A DNA stretch of 64,000 bases from Octopus vulgaris (GCA_951406725.2 OX597815.1:209622001-209686000); one strand, 5' to 3'. Positions 1 to 11,507 are shown, counted from the first letter of the stretch. A program made the numbers and translations. Notes: a model not told the origin generated them from the sequence alone.

Positions 1-309
1 TCAAATGGTAATACACTAAAACAGTGGCATGATGAGTCAATGTGATTGCCGGAACGAACCAGTTGAACGATGGATGGTATTTATTTTTCTTTATTCAAGA
101 TATACTAGCCACAAATAGAATGATGGACACGTTTCCTGTATACCAAGATTTTAATTCTATTGCGCAGCCAATTTGTTAGCTTCCCAGCTTGAGTCTGCAC
201 GATTTTGTAGTCACTAAATTTGATATTATAACAATCGTCACAATATTTCTCCTCCTCCTCCTCCTCCTCCTACCAACATCACCATCATTATTCTCACTCC
301 CTCCGAAAT

Positions 310-310
<1 letters not shown>

Positions 311-382
<72 letters not shown>

Positions 383-386
383 CCAC

Positions 387-448
<62 letters not shown>

Positions 449-470
449 TCATCATCATCATCATCATCAT
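311..470. repeat. (CAT)n/(CGT)n trinucleotide microsatellite
   Basis: Direct reading; explains the poly-His/Asp/Met ORFs. Confidence 0.97.
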
Positions 471-1659
471 CTTCGTTATCGTCATAGTCGTTATTATCAT
501 CACCATGAGAAGCAGCAGGCACATTACCACCACCAAAACTACTGATACAGTCACTACAAGTACCATCTCCACCAGAACGCCGCCACCATTATTATCAGTA
601 ATACCACCATTATCAACTTCACCATCATCACTGTCATCAAAAGAAACAACCGCACCCCATCACCATTATTATGGTTGGCACAAACATCATTGTTTCCAAT
701 GGTATTTTACAAACAAGTTCTCTCAATGCCAGACATTAAAAAAAAAAAAAAGAAAGAAAAAAACTAAAGAAGAAAACACGCATTTAGATAAAAACATAAT
801 AATATGATTACGCTTTTAGTTGCTTTAATCATTTAATTAAAGCCCACTGGTTTGAATATGCCAGAGAAATGCTTTGAGAGATTTTCACATGCAAAGATAT
901 CATTCTTGTTAATGAAACTAAAGGAAAAATACTTTGTAAAATGTAGGAATCTGGATATACAATGATTACATTACACATGCTAACTAAATTTATTGTCAAC
1001 GTTTACTCAGAATACTGTAGGATTAGCAATTAGAAGCTGATCCTTTCTGTAAATGATATGAAAAGTAGAACGTCTGTTCAGAGAGAAATGAATAGGATAT
1101 AATTGGAAATAATATAGTTTATTTTGTAAATTGTTTTATTTTAAATTGATTGTAATCTTCTCACAGACTTTTCTGTCTAATGTATTTGTTACTAATTGGC
1201 CATTTACAACATGCCAAATTTAATTTATAATAACGGAAAAATAAATAATTAAGTAAATTGTTTTATTTGGTTTAACTATCAAGTATGTGGGACTAAAAAG
1301 ACGTCGAAATTTATCTGTTCATAAGCACAGAAATTTCAACCAGTCTTTCGCTACGTATTTGAAAGTTAAACTAAATTATGCAAGGTTTTGTGTACTTTTA
1401 CATCACTTTAAGCTGCTTTAAATAACAGAATAGAAAGAAAAATAACACATGTCGACTTGAAAATTTATTGAGGAATATGTAATCGTTTATTAAGTGTAAT
1501 TTTTCGTTTAGAAAACTTGAACTAAGAAATTGAGCATTTTAAAATATAGCTGTTTTTTCTTTTTTCATTAGCTCCAGTCCAACTCTGATTGACTGAGTAC
1601 AATCAAATTCGTTCAGTGTTCTTCGAAATTTATTTACAGATATCCCCTCCGTTCATGCA

Positions 1660-2200
1660 AATAACGATTATGACATCCTTTTTCATGCATGTACCCGGAA
1701 GTTGCTGTCACGTTTTTGTATCCAGCGCACAAGTGGCTCTGGACTTTCTCAATTCACTCTTCTCCTCCCCTTCTGTTCTTAGCTTGCTTAGGAATTACGA
1801 CTCCTTTTTATATAAGACCGCATCAGCTAGACCTTTCAACTTCAAGATACTCGCATGATTCTAAATTAACTGAGAAGGACTTGGAAGCATCCTTGTATTA
1901 TTTTTACTGTTCACCGACAGAATTTCTCCCCTCGTCTTCTAACTCCCCATAGAAACGATGTTTCTGAAGCCGTTTTCCTTCTATTCCAATAATATGATCA
2001 GATCAGTGTAGTTGTACTCCACCTAAGAGAGTGTGGATGTTTGAGTAATCTCATGCCATTGTAATCCTCGGCACCTTGACATATATTGCCAACGAATTGG
2101 TGCATTTTGTGTAGAGAGCAGAGATGGAATCTTGTGCACACTGAGGCCGTGGTGTTCAAGTCATGACGTGTTGTGTAAACCTCTGAAACTTACCCATGTT
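1660..2200 (-). mobile_element. Decayed RTE-clade LINE, C-terminal part of ORF
   Basis: Minus-strand translation QLH*SDHIIGIEGKRLQKHRFYGELEDEGRNSVGEQ*K*YKD resembles the RTE/BovB consensus QLRWAGHV.RM...RLPK.LFYGEL..G.R..GGQ.KRYKD; contains stops. Confidence 0.65.
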
Positions 2201-2324
2201 TTCTTGCAGCAGCAGCAGAAAAGAGATTGAAACATTTGATTTTGCTCTTTAGATCCTCACTGAGATTCTCTTTGATCTTTGCAAAATAGAAAAGAGACTG
2301 GAAATCTACGTTGCCGCTGTTTTT

Positions 2325-2466
2325 TTATCAGCCGAGTGGACTGGAGCGACGTGAAATAAAGTGTTTTGCTTCAGAACATAACGCATCGACCGCTCCTAGA
2401 ATCGAAACCACCACATTCTTACGATCACGAGTCCAACACACTAACCACTACGCCACGTACCTCCAC
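2325..2466 (-). mobile_element. SINE family D, 5' fragment (tRNA-like head plus central domain)
   Basis: Reverse complement resembles the head of the 19386 copy (gaggtacgtggcgtagtggttagtgtg...ggtttcgattc...gttatgttctgaagcaaaacactttatttcacg). Confidence 0.75.
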
Positions 2467-2946
2467 GTATGTTGATGTATATGCCTTATCAATCTTTTGT
2501 TCGGTTGTGTAGTTGATAAAGTTTTTTGTTTATTTGGTCTCGGGATGCTGCTTTTGTTGTTGCTGTACATTATTTTGCTTTTCCATTTATTGTAGTGTTT
2601 GAAATGTTGATGGCATTTATAATATTGGAGGTATTTGCGATTGTGTTGCTTTATGTGTTGTGAGTGTGTGGTTATTAGTTTCTGTGTCTCTTCATCTAAG
2701 ATCTTGTATTTTGTCTGGTGCGATATTTTTCATTTCCCGTTTTACCTCCTCCTTTGATAAGTATCCATTCTGGCGAATCTTTGAAATCGTTCTCTTCGTA
2801 AGGCGAATTTTTGTTGTCACAGAAATTTGCTGCGGGAGGGATTTGTCGTGTTGGTATCTGCTAATCTTGGTGACTGTAATTCTCCTGTTTCTCCTTTTGA
2901 CGCTGCTGTTATCGTTTTTGGTGCTGTTGCGTTTCCTGCGGCTGTT

Positions 2947-3045
2947 TTCTTCTTCTTCTTCTTCTTCTTCTTCTTCTTCTTCTTCTTCTTCTTCTTCTTC
3001 TTCTTCTTCTTCTTCTTCTTCTTCTTCTTCTTCTTCTTCTTCTTC
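2947..3045. repeat. (TTC)n microsatellite
   Basis: Direct reading. Confidence 0.97.
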
Positions 3046-3209
3046 CAATCAGGACTCACGCCATTAGCCACAAAGAATAATCTCTAATTCGAGCCTTCTC
3101 TCAGCTACTAAGAATGCGTGTGACAACTTGAAGATCCACCCACCATACGCGATAGACTGGCGGTTGCACGGGTGCAAATGCTACGTTGTTATCCTCATTC
3201 TGTAAACAG

Positions 3210-3525
3210 TGGTTTTTAACAGGTGGAAAGCTGAACCATCCTGGGGTACAGAGGATTCACAATCTAGACTAGGGTCTGAAAGTTTACCACACCACAGTGG
3301 GTTACACCATGGTTCCTCTGCTTTGTGGCAGAAGTATGAAGAAAGAGTGAGAGAAAGTTGTGGTGAAAGAGTACAGCGGGGTTCACCACTCCCTTCCCCC
3401 GCCGGAGCCTCCTGGAGCTTAGATGTTTTTGCTCAATAAACACTCACAATGCTCGGTCTGGGAATCGCAACCGCGTTCTTACGACTGCGAGTCCGCTGCC
3501 CTAACCACTGGGCCATTGCGCCTCT
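3210..3525 (-). mobile_element. SINE family C (tRNA-derived head gaggcgcaatggcccagtggttagggcagcggactcgc)
   Basis: Pol III A box (tggcccagtgg) and degenerate B box; body shared with copies at 30924 and 51155, 3' tail differs. Confidence 0.85.
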
Positions 3526-3739
3526 ACTCGTGCTGCTGTTGGTGATGCTGCAACTGCTTTTCATGTTGATGTTGCTCTTATGAAGAACGCGTCGGCAGTA
3601 TGTGGGGATCTTTCTACTCCTGTCTCCGGTAGTTGGCAGGAATTTCTTAAATGCTTTGAGTCTCTACATAAGATGATGATGACGATGATGATGATTATAA
3701 AGATGACGATTATGATGTGTACTATTTGCAACACGGGTC

Positions 3740-4690
3740 TTATTTAATGGGAACATTACAAAGACAGGTTATAATTTGTATGGGCTAACAGTGTATCAAA
3801 AGCCCCGGATGAAAAGGGAAAATGGATGTGCTCATTGTTGCTGTATCAGGCCTATGTAAGGACACAAACAATTATAAGAACAAAAGAACGAAAAAAGAAC
3901 AAAAGAACAGTGTGTGTAGAATGTGCAGCGAGTACAAGGTGACGGTGGACAGCATCATTTCAGATTTGCCATATCTGAATATATTCCTTGCCCTGTCCTT
4001 ATTAAATTTGAATATGCACACAGACACGATTGAGCTGACAACTATATCTACTGATATAACCGATACTTATTAGATCTGTTACTACAAGATCACATGTTCA
4101 TATCATAAATATATTTTCATGTGAAAGCAATCATGAAGTGGTATAAGCATGTACCAAACATGTTACATGACAACGATCTGGTCACAGTCCGAGAACGACA
4201 TCAAGAAACACAGTCCAGACATACCAGTGAAAGCCAAGGAAACGACACACTCGCATGTTTGTTCCTTCTCGAGCCATGCCTGGCTCATAAGGGCCGGTTT
4301 CCCGGTTTCCTTGGCGTATAGGTTCCCCACCTGGACGGGACGCCGGTCCGTCGCAGGTGAGCTGCAACATGCAGGAGGAAAGAGCGAGAGAAAGTTGTGG
4401 CGAAAGAATCAACAGAAGTTCGCCATTACCTTCTGCCGGAGGCGCGTGGAGCTCAGGTGTTTCGCTCATAAACACACACATCACCCGGTCTGATCCCTTG
4501 ACTGTGAACCCGCTGCTCTAACCACTAGGCTATGTGCCTCTACTACACATACTGATAGATATCACAAACCTTTCTAAGAGCAAAGGAAAATCTGTCGAAA
4601 TATAAGAATCTTTAAAACGAAGTATTTAAAATGTGAAGAATGAAAGTTAAGCAATTACAATAAATTCGCACTCAAAATTTAGAAACATGC
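3740..4690 (+). mobile_element. Old R4/Dong-clade non-LTR retrotransposon remnant (zinc-knuckle and RLE region), interrupted by a SINE
   Basis: Peptides TNNYK...CRMC...TVDSIISDLPYL, KWYKHVP, HSPDIPVKAKE and LIDI...ENLSKYKNL follow the order of R4/Dong C-terminal motifs. Confidence 0.7.
4258..4541 (-). mobile_element. SINE, family C-type head with V-domain-like tail
   Basis: Head gaggcacatagcctagtggttagagcagcgg; tail ctgcgacggaccggcgtcccgtccagg...gaaaccgg shared with copies at 19386 and 39555. Confidence 0.8.
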
Positions 4691-5099
4691 GTGCTGTAAT
4701 ATTACCTAAAATGTTTATTAATATGTAAGCAGAAATTATAGTTAAACTTAGAATACTTATTAGATCCGTTACTACAAGATTACATGTTTATATCATAAAT
4801 ATATTTTCATTTCCATATTTCTGGACTGTAGTATGCTCAGAGCTAATATATGTATTGGGAAATATAAGAAAACTGATTGATGTCACCAAAAGAAAGTAAA
4901 GAAAACCACTACTTGATACAATAATAATTTAGTAAGTATTAGGAGTAATAGTGGAATTTCCCTTCATAATAATGTTCTCAGTTTGCTTCTTTGATATGCA
5001 TCATAACTTTAACATTACTTCTATGAATTCAAAGCATAAACCCATCGTCGGTTTGGAATAGCTTGGAGCAATTTCCATACATTATACAGATTTGATAAA

Positions 5100-5330
5100 G
5101 ACATGGTGATATTGGAGTGTAATTTTGGGATTAAAAGCAGGGATATTGAAAATGAGAAGAGGAAAATCGTGGAAATAATTGGGATACAATTGCTATATAA
5201 TAAGCTCGTGAAACATATTTGGAACACTGATACGATAGAGTTAGATATGACAAAAGAAACCAACATGAACAATACATTTAGAAAAAGTATTCCAGGAGCT
5301 AGAAGTATTCTAGATTACATGATTTAGCGT
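5100..5330 (+). mobile_element. Possible decayed APE-type LINE endonuclease fragment
   Basis: ORF ends TFRKSIPGARSILDYMI, resembling the TF...S.LDY motif; the rest is weak. Confidence 0.35.
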
Positions 5331-5755
5331 CTCTCTTACTTATTGGGTATAGTGGGAAAATAGTACAATGGGACAAAGAAGAACTTGTTAATTAAGATAA
5401 AATGGCTTGAAAGGCGACGGTGATACATGGAACGAGAGAGGTGTACATCAGACTAATAAACATATATAAACGCTAGAGTGGCTGAGACGTTACTGAATAT
5501 AAACATTATGTTACAGAGTAAGTGTAGAGTGTAAAGACGATGAGAATAGTTAAAACTGAAAGTTGTAGAGCACTTTGATAATTTAAGATATATTTCAAAG
5601 AATTAAGTATGTTTGGAAATGGCTTATTCAGATTAGGATGACTAGTTCCCGTAACGTTTACAGGCCATCTAAGCTGAAACGAAAAGGGAAAAAGTAAATA
5701 ATACAATAAACTGTAACTAATGAATTGGTTTGGCAGGAATCAATAGTTCATACGT

Positions 5756-5927
5756 AGCCACTAAACACATTTTTTCTCTCCTTGTTTTTTCTACGTCACT
5801 TTCTGTAGAAGAGCGTAGGCCCGAAGCGTAAAATACTTTTTCAATTCCTGAGCGTTATATTAATACATCCGTTTGTTTTCTACACCACCTGTCTTCGTCT
5901 TTTGTTTTATTTCTCGTGAACTCTCCT
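5756..5927 (+). mobile_element. PLE-pLTR-like module with degenerate minimal hammerhead, followed by (TA)n
   Basis: CTGTAGA-A-GAGC-GTAG-GCCC-GAAG-CG-TA at about 5803-5830; same family as 59742-59855. Confidence 0.55.
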
Positions 5928-5950
5928 TATATATATATATATATATTCAA

Positions 5951-6152
5951 AATGTGACCCGATGTGTACCGTTGCCGATTTTTTTCCTCTGTCTTCCCTT
6001 CTCTGGATCTTTCCTTCTCCTATGTTTCCGACGAAGAGCTCCGCTCGAAACGTTAAACCCTCCTTCTTTCCTTCTTTTCTGAGCGTCCAATAATACTATA
6101 TTTGTTCCACGTCCTCGCGTTGTTGTGTTTTTTTGTGCTTTCTTGTTTGGAT

Positions 6153-6156
<4 letters not shown>
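5951..6156 (+). mobile_element. (TA)n-bounded PLE-pLTR/retrozyme-like unit, copy 1
   Basis: Near-identical to 6210-6413 and similar to 55072-55279; carries a hammerhead motif. Confidence 0.75.
6024..6058 (+). ncRNA. Minimal type I hammerhead ribozyme motif
   Basis: GTTT-CCGACGA-A-GAGC-TCC-GCTC-GAAA-CG-TT-AAAC; stems I and II pair perfectly, core has U4>C. Confidence 0.65.
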
Positions 6157-6209
<53 letters not shown>

Positions 6210-6212
<3 letters not shown>

Positions 6213-6413
6213 GTGACCGCGTGTGTACCGTTGGCGATTTTTTCCCTGTCTTCCCTTCTCTGGATCATTCCTTCTCCTATGTTTCCGACGAAGAGCTCCG
6301 CTCGAAACGTTAAACCCTCCTTCTTTCCTTCTTTTCTGAGCGTCCAATAATACTATATTTATTCCACGTCCTCGCGTTGTTGTGTTTTTTTCTGCTTTCT
6401 TGTTTGGATTAAC
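6210..6413 (+). mobile_element. (TA)n-bounded PLE-pLTR/retrozyme-like unit, copy 2
   Basis: Tandem repeat of 5951-6156 at 257-bp spacing. Confidence 0.75.
6281..6315 (+). ncRNA. Minimal type I hammerhead ribozyme motif (second tandem copy)
   Basis: Identical to 6024-6058. Confidence 0.65.
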
Positions 6414-6514
6414 TATATATATATATATATATAATAATAAATATTAGGGAATGAATCCAAAATTACAGGGAAAAATCAGATTTAGGGTTAAATCCAATTA
6501 TATAGTAAAATATT

Positions 6515-6718
6515 ATATAATATAATTCGGTTAAAACCACTATTTTAAAACCAAACAAGAAAGACTTAATCAATACATAAAATTTTAATATAAATTAAAT
6601 AAACCGCCACTATATATATATATATATATAGTGGCGGTTTATTTAATTTATATTAAAATTTTATGTATTGATTAAGTCTTTCCTTGTTTGGTTTTAAAAT
6701 AGTGGTTTTGTCTCGAAT

Positions 6719-6728
<10 letters not shown>
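6515..6728. repeat. Inverted repeat with about 95-bp arms centred on (TA)10
   Basis: ...ttaaataaaccgccac(TA)10gtggcggtttatttaa...; arms complementary with few mismatches. Confidence 0.9.
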
Positions 6729-6785
<57 letters not shown>

Positions 6786-6924
6786 TAGTTGAATGAATTA
6801 CCCTAGTATGGATAATTCGGTTAACCGATACGCGGGTAGCAAATTCACATCAGAAAACACGGTTGAAACTACATGCCAAGGGCAGAAATCACGTGCTTTC
6901 GTGTGGAAATTTGTTTTTTTTTTA

Positions 6925-7142
6925 ATATATATAAATGAAAGAATGGAGTTGAACGACGATTTAACAAAATTCCTTTATTCTCGACATATGTTTCGAAGAC
7001 TGCATATTCTTAATTCCGAAGGAATAAAGGGTGCACCCTTTATTCCTTCGGAATTAAGAATATGCAGTCTTCGAAACATATGTCGAGAATAAAGGAATTT
7101 TGTTAAATCGTCGTTCAACTCCATTCTTTCATTTATATATAT
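6925..7142. repeat. Perfect 218-bp palindrome with no spacer
   Basis: Centre GTGCAC at 7031-7036; arms read as exact reverse complements out to 6925/7142. Confidence 0.95.
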
Positions 7143-7219
7143 ATATGTATGTATATTCTAATAAATTGGTGTCTATACGTCAGTTTTCTCCGTTTTCTTT
7201 CTCTCAGTGCCGTGCATAA

Positions 7220-9050
7220 GCTGAAGCCTTGTCAGCTAGGATCGCGGGATGCAGATTATGGAGCAAGCAAAGATTGGACTAAAAGCGATTGATGATTCAA
7301 ATCACTAGACAAGTATATATATGGTGTCTTCAGATTGGCTTACATCGATGCCTTTCGTGGCCACTATTACTATACGAGGTGGCACTGTCACAGGTTCAAA
7401 TTGTTGTGCAAAAGTGCAATGTGTTCATTAGGAAATGGCTAGATCTACATCGGATAACGAACTGCTCAGCTCTTTATTGTAAAGTTGTCTCAATGCAATT
7501 ACAACTGACGGCAATCATCAAAAATATGAAGTTGGGAAGGTACGAACAGTGGTGATGCTAAGAAAGGTGAAGGATAGAGAAATAAGGAGTAATCCACGGA
7601 TGTAAAAATAGCCAGGAAGGGGAAAACAAAAGCAGGAACAGATGACATCCTGTCTTCAAATAAACACCGATATTTTGTGGGTGCCACGCAAATTGACCTG
7701 AAGTGACGTGTGTTTGGCTCAGATCGGCTCAGACTATTCTCAAGTATGATGCTGAGTGAACGCAGATTTGTTGTTAACAACAGTCAAGGGAAGGGAATCA
7801 GAGAGAAAAGAGCTTCATTTGATTCAATGCTCTCAACAAGGACAAATGACAAGATGGGAGTAGCACGGAAGCGGGAATGAGTACATCACGACGAAGTTTT
7901 TTGATTCGTTCATCCTCCGATGCCTTTCTGTTGCCTACAAATTGGTGTGATGGTACGTATGAAAGAGTGATAAATGCAGATGCAGGCAAGTAAGAACAGT
8001 GAAGCATTTTATTTCCAACTGTTTACTGGCGTTGAATAGATATATCTGGAGCCACAGTCTAGTCATTAAGATCCTCTTCAATACTGCATAGAATCAACTT
8101 GCGCTGAATAAAACTGGCAACAAACCTCAGAAGAAACCAGCCATAAATTTCATTATTTTTGTGCGTCCTGCACAGCAGATCCATCATGAGAAGAAACTTC
8201 CTGCGAACGATGGAAAGTGGAACGCCTACTGGAAGGTGGTTGCAGATTTATCGGAATGCCAAGGATTCTTCACCATTCTAGTTACAAAGAAATTAGATAT
8301 CATACGGTGTGAGAGAAAGAAAGTAAAAGAAAGGCGGCAAGCTGTGGCAGAAATGTTAGCATGCCGGGCAAAATGCTTAGCGGTATTTCGTCTGCCGCTA
8401 CGTTCTGAGTTCAAATTCCGCCGAGGTCGACTTTGCCTTTCATCCTTTCGGGGTCGATTAAATAAGTACCAGTTACGCACTGGGGTCGATGTAATCGACT
8501 TAATCCGTTTGTCTGTCCTTGTTTGTCTTCTCTGTGTTTAGCCCCTTGTGGGTAGTAAAGAAATATGTATTACGTCTGCCGCTACGTTCTGAGTTCAAAT
8601 TCCGCCGAGGTCGACTTAGCCATTCATCCCTTCGGGGTCGATTAAATAAGTACCATTTACGCACTGCGGTCGATGTAATCGATTTAATCCCTTTGTTCGT
8701 CCCCTCTACGTTTAACCTCTTTTGGGCAGTAAAGAAATAAGAAAGTAAACTTGGAAGAGATAACGGTTTCTCATGAAGAAAACATGGACACCGTTATGAA
8801 CAGCTCCTCTAGAATTGTAAAGATCAAACTAGAAAGCAGAACACTATCCAATCGAAGATAGATGTAAAGGATTCATTGGAAACAGTACGAATTAATGATT
8901 GCTGTCGCAAGGCCTAATTCAACATAAAGTAAATACCATCATGAATTTTATCCAGGTTACAGTGGAGAAGAAGGCTCTGAAACCGGCACTTTTTCTCCTG
9001 ATGACTCCAGAAGCCTGCTAGTGTACGGTGCGAGGGGCTTTCAACTGGTA
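7220..9050 (+). mobile_element. Decayed Hero/R2-group (RLE) non-LTR retrotransposon, 3' half, interrupted by a SINE
   Basis: LSWPLLLYEV...FIRKWLDL...ALY, TVKHFISNCLLALNRYIWSH, WKVVADL, then after the SINE EEITVSHEENMD...YEQLL...YPIEDRCKGF; motif order of RLE-type elements. Confidence 0.75.
8332..8738 (+). mobile_element. SINE family A (central domain gaggtcgactttgcctttcatcctttcggggtcgat, Deu/Nin-like), dimeric
   Basis: Head plus two body copies; putative TSD aagaaagtaaa at 8317-8327 and 8739-8749. Confidence 0.9.
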
Positions 9051-9935
9051 GCAATATACATACTTACATATATGCACAAACATATATACATCCATGTGTT
9101 TGTGTACACAAACACATGCACACACATATATATGTATGTATATGAGTGTGTGCATGTATATTCATATCCATGTATTGTATTTGCAGTAATTATTCCCATA
9201 ATTATATGCAAGTCACGGGGCATTTCTCTTGAGACATCTAAAACAATAGAAGCAGACATGTCCAGGAAAAATACTGTATATGTTGGCTGGAAAGTTATTA
9301 ATGAAAGAAAAGATAACTTGAAAGTAGCCATCGTTTTGTCTTTGAGAAATATACATACATATTATGAACATGTTTCAGGAAAAATGTCTAAATTCAATTT
9401 AGAAAAATTACTCTTTTCAATTTCCAGTTCGCAACTTGATATTAAAGGCCAAATTATTTCTGCTATGACGAATGAATGAAATATAAGATTCATCAAACAG
9501 GCCACAATTCCTTTAAATTACATCACCATTTTTTTTGAAAAATTTTTGATTAAAATTTCATATTCCTCCAGCTATTAAATCAATTGATTTTATTCAAAAT
9601 TCGTAAAAAATTCTTCTGAGTTATCAAAAGAAATTGGGAGCAAATAAAGGCTAATTTGCTACAAAACAAGATTCCCATTTTAATGCACAGCTCCCAGGTG
9701 TGTTTTAATGAATATAATGGAACGGACACACAAAAAAAATAAAAATAAAAATAAAAAAAAGCAAAACAATAACATCATAAAACTGGAAAACAGAAAATAT
9801 CCTTGAAGAAATACCAGACTGCTTGAAATGACTGAGAATTGTCAATAATATGCAAAATATAGTTTTATAATTTCTTATTTAAAGTAAAAGTTATACTTGG
9901 AATTGAATATAAGCAAAATATCATGCATACATGAA

Positions 9936-9994
<59 letters not shown>

Positions 9995-10023
9995 GTGTTG
10001 TTGTTGTTGTTGTTGTTGTTGTT
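9936..10023. repeat. (ATT)n(GTT)n microsatellite
   Basis: Direct reading. Confidence 0.95.
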
Positions 10024-10029
10024 GCGATG

Positions 10030-10430
10030 ATCACGTGCTGGCAGAATCGTTACCGCTCTGTAAAAAATGCTTTGCGGCATTTCTTCATTTCTTCAGACTT
10101 TGTTTTCTGAGTTCAAATGCCACCGGTTTCGATTTAGTCTTTCATCGTTTCGAGGTCGATAAATTAAGTACCAAGTGGACAGTTGGGTGGTGGTGGGGGG
10201 GTTGATTCGATGCAATCAATTTATTCCCTCACCCGAAATTGTTGGCCTTATACCAAAATTTGAAACCAATTATTAGAAGCGTTTTGCTGGCAGAAATAAG
10301 TACGCGGGAAAGAAAATGCTTAATGGTATTTCGGCAGTTTTTACGTTCTGTGTTCAAATGTGGCCGTGGTTGACTTACATTTTCATCTTTTTGCAAAAAG
10401 TAACAGTCAAGTATTGGGATTTCAGGTCTT
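10030..10430 (+). mobile_element. Two diverged SINE family A copies
   Basis: gctggcagaatcgtta...ctgagttcaaat...ttcgaggtcgataaattaagtacc; second head at about 10285. Confidence 0.75.
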
Positions 10431-10488
10431 GTGCTTATAATAAAGCGAATATTATTACCATTATTACTATTATTATTATTATATTATT

Positions 10489-11044
10489 GAGTGAGAGAGC
10501 AGTTCATGCCATCAAAGTGACACTGGGGTAAAATATACGAAGCCCAATATACCCATCATGACTACCTGTCTGATAAAGGTACACCAGGCACATGCATCAC
10601 AACCATATGTGCGCGACATGGTGATCTCATATCAAGATAAACAGCACATGACCTTGCAGGTGGAGCCCAGTTAGAATTTTCTTCAGGTTGAGTAGCTCAT
10701 CCCGCTCAAACGGTCTCTGAATAAGGGTTGTTTAAGGATGTTGAAAGAACCACCCATGTTTCCAGAGGTGAACTATTCAAACCCCAAAGAATCCCTCTCA
10801 ACACATGGCTATGATGCCCCCCCACTACTTCTGCTCGTGATCAGAGATGCACATATCGTCAGCCACTAAGGGACATGCTCAACTGGTTATGGTCAAACAA
10901 CTGACAAGCAAATCTGTGGTATTGAGCAGAATATTTGCTGTAGCCCATCTTTTATACCAAGACAAAACAATGTACATGATAACACTTCCAATCAGTTAAG
11001 ATCAGAAGCCATGAGAGCCACTGCCTGGTACTGCATCAGGGCAA
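10489..11044. mobile_element. Unclassified 550-bp non-coding element embedded in a (TTA)n tract
   Basis: GC-richer complex sequence with sharp borders against TTA repeats on both sides; no ORF, TIR or tRNA head seen. Confidence 0.55.
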
Positions 11045-11045
11045 G

Positions 11046-11046
<1 letters not shown>

Positions 11047-11130
<84 letters not shown>
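11047..11130. repeat. (TTA)n microsatellite
   Basis: Direct reading. Confidence 0.97.
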
Positions 11131-11131
<1 letters not shown>

Positions 11132-11135
11132 CATT

Positions 11136-11471
11136 CAGTAGTTTTATTTTTTATAGAGTGCTTTCACTTCACTACCGAGCGCAGCTCTGTGTGCCTTAGG
11201 TATGTGCTGTGATTTGTTGCGATGCTCTGATGGTTATTGTATGGAAAGTGTTCTGCGTAGGATATGTGCTGTGCCTAGTAGTGCAATTTTCTGTATGTTA
11301 TATGTGTTTGTAAGTCCTGGTGTTTTTGTTATGTATTTGTCTGAATATTTTTTTATCATGCCTAATGCACCTACTATGATAAGAATTGTTTCTGTTTTTA
11401 GATTCCACATTCTGGTTACCTCCATTTCCAGGTCTTTGTATTTTGAAAGTTTCTCCATTTCTTTTAGAGAC
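11136..11471 (-). mobile_element. 5'-truncated R4/Dong-like retrotransposon 3' end inserted in (TAA)n
   Basis: EKLSKYKDLEMEVTRMW...IIVGALG...IQKIALLGTAHILRRTL* is the RLE C-terminus; TAA repeats on both sides; near-identical to 25186-25576. Confidence 0.9.
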
Positions 11472-11507
<36 letters not shown>

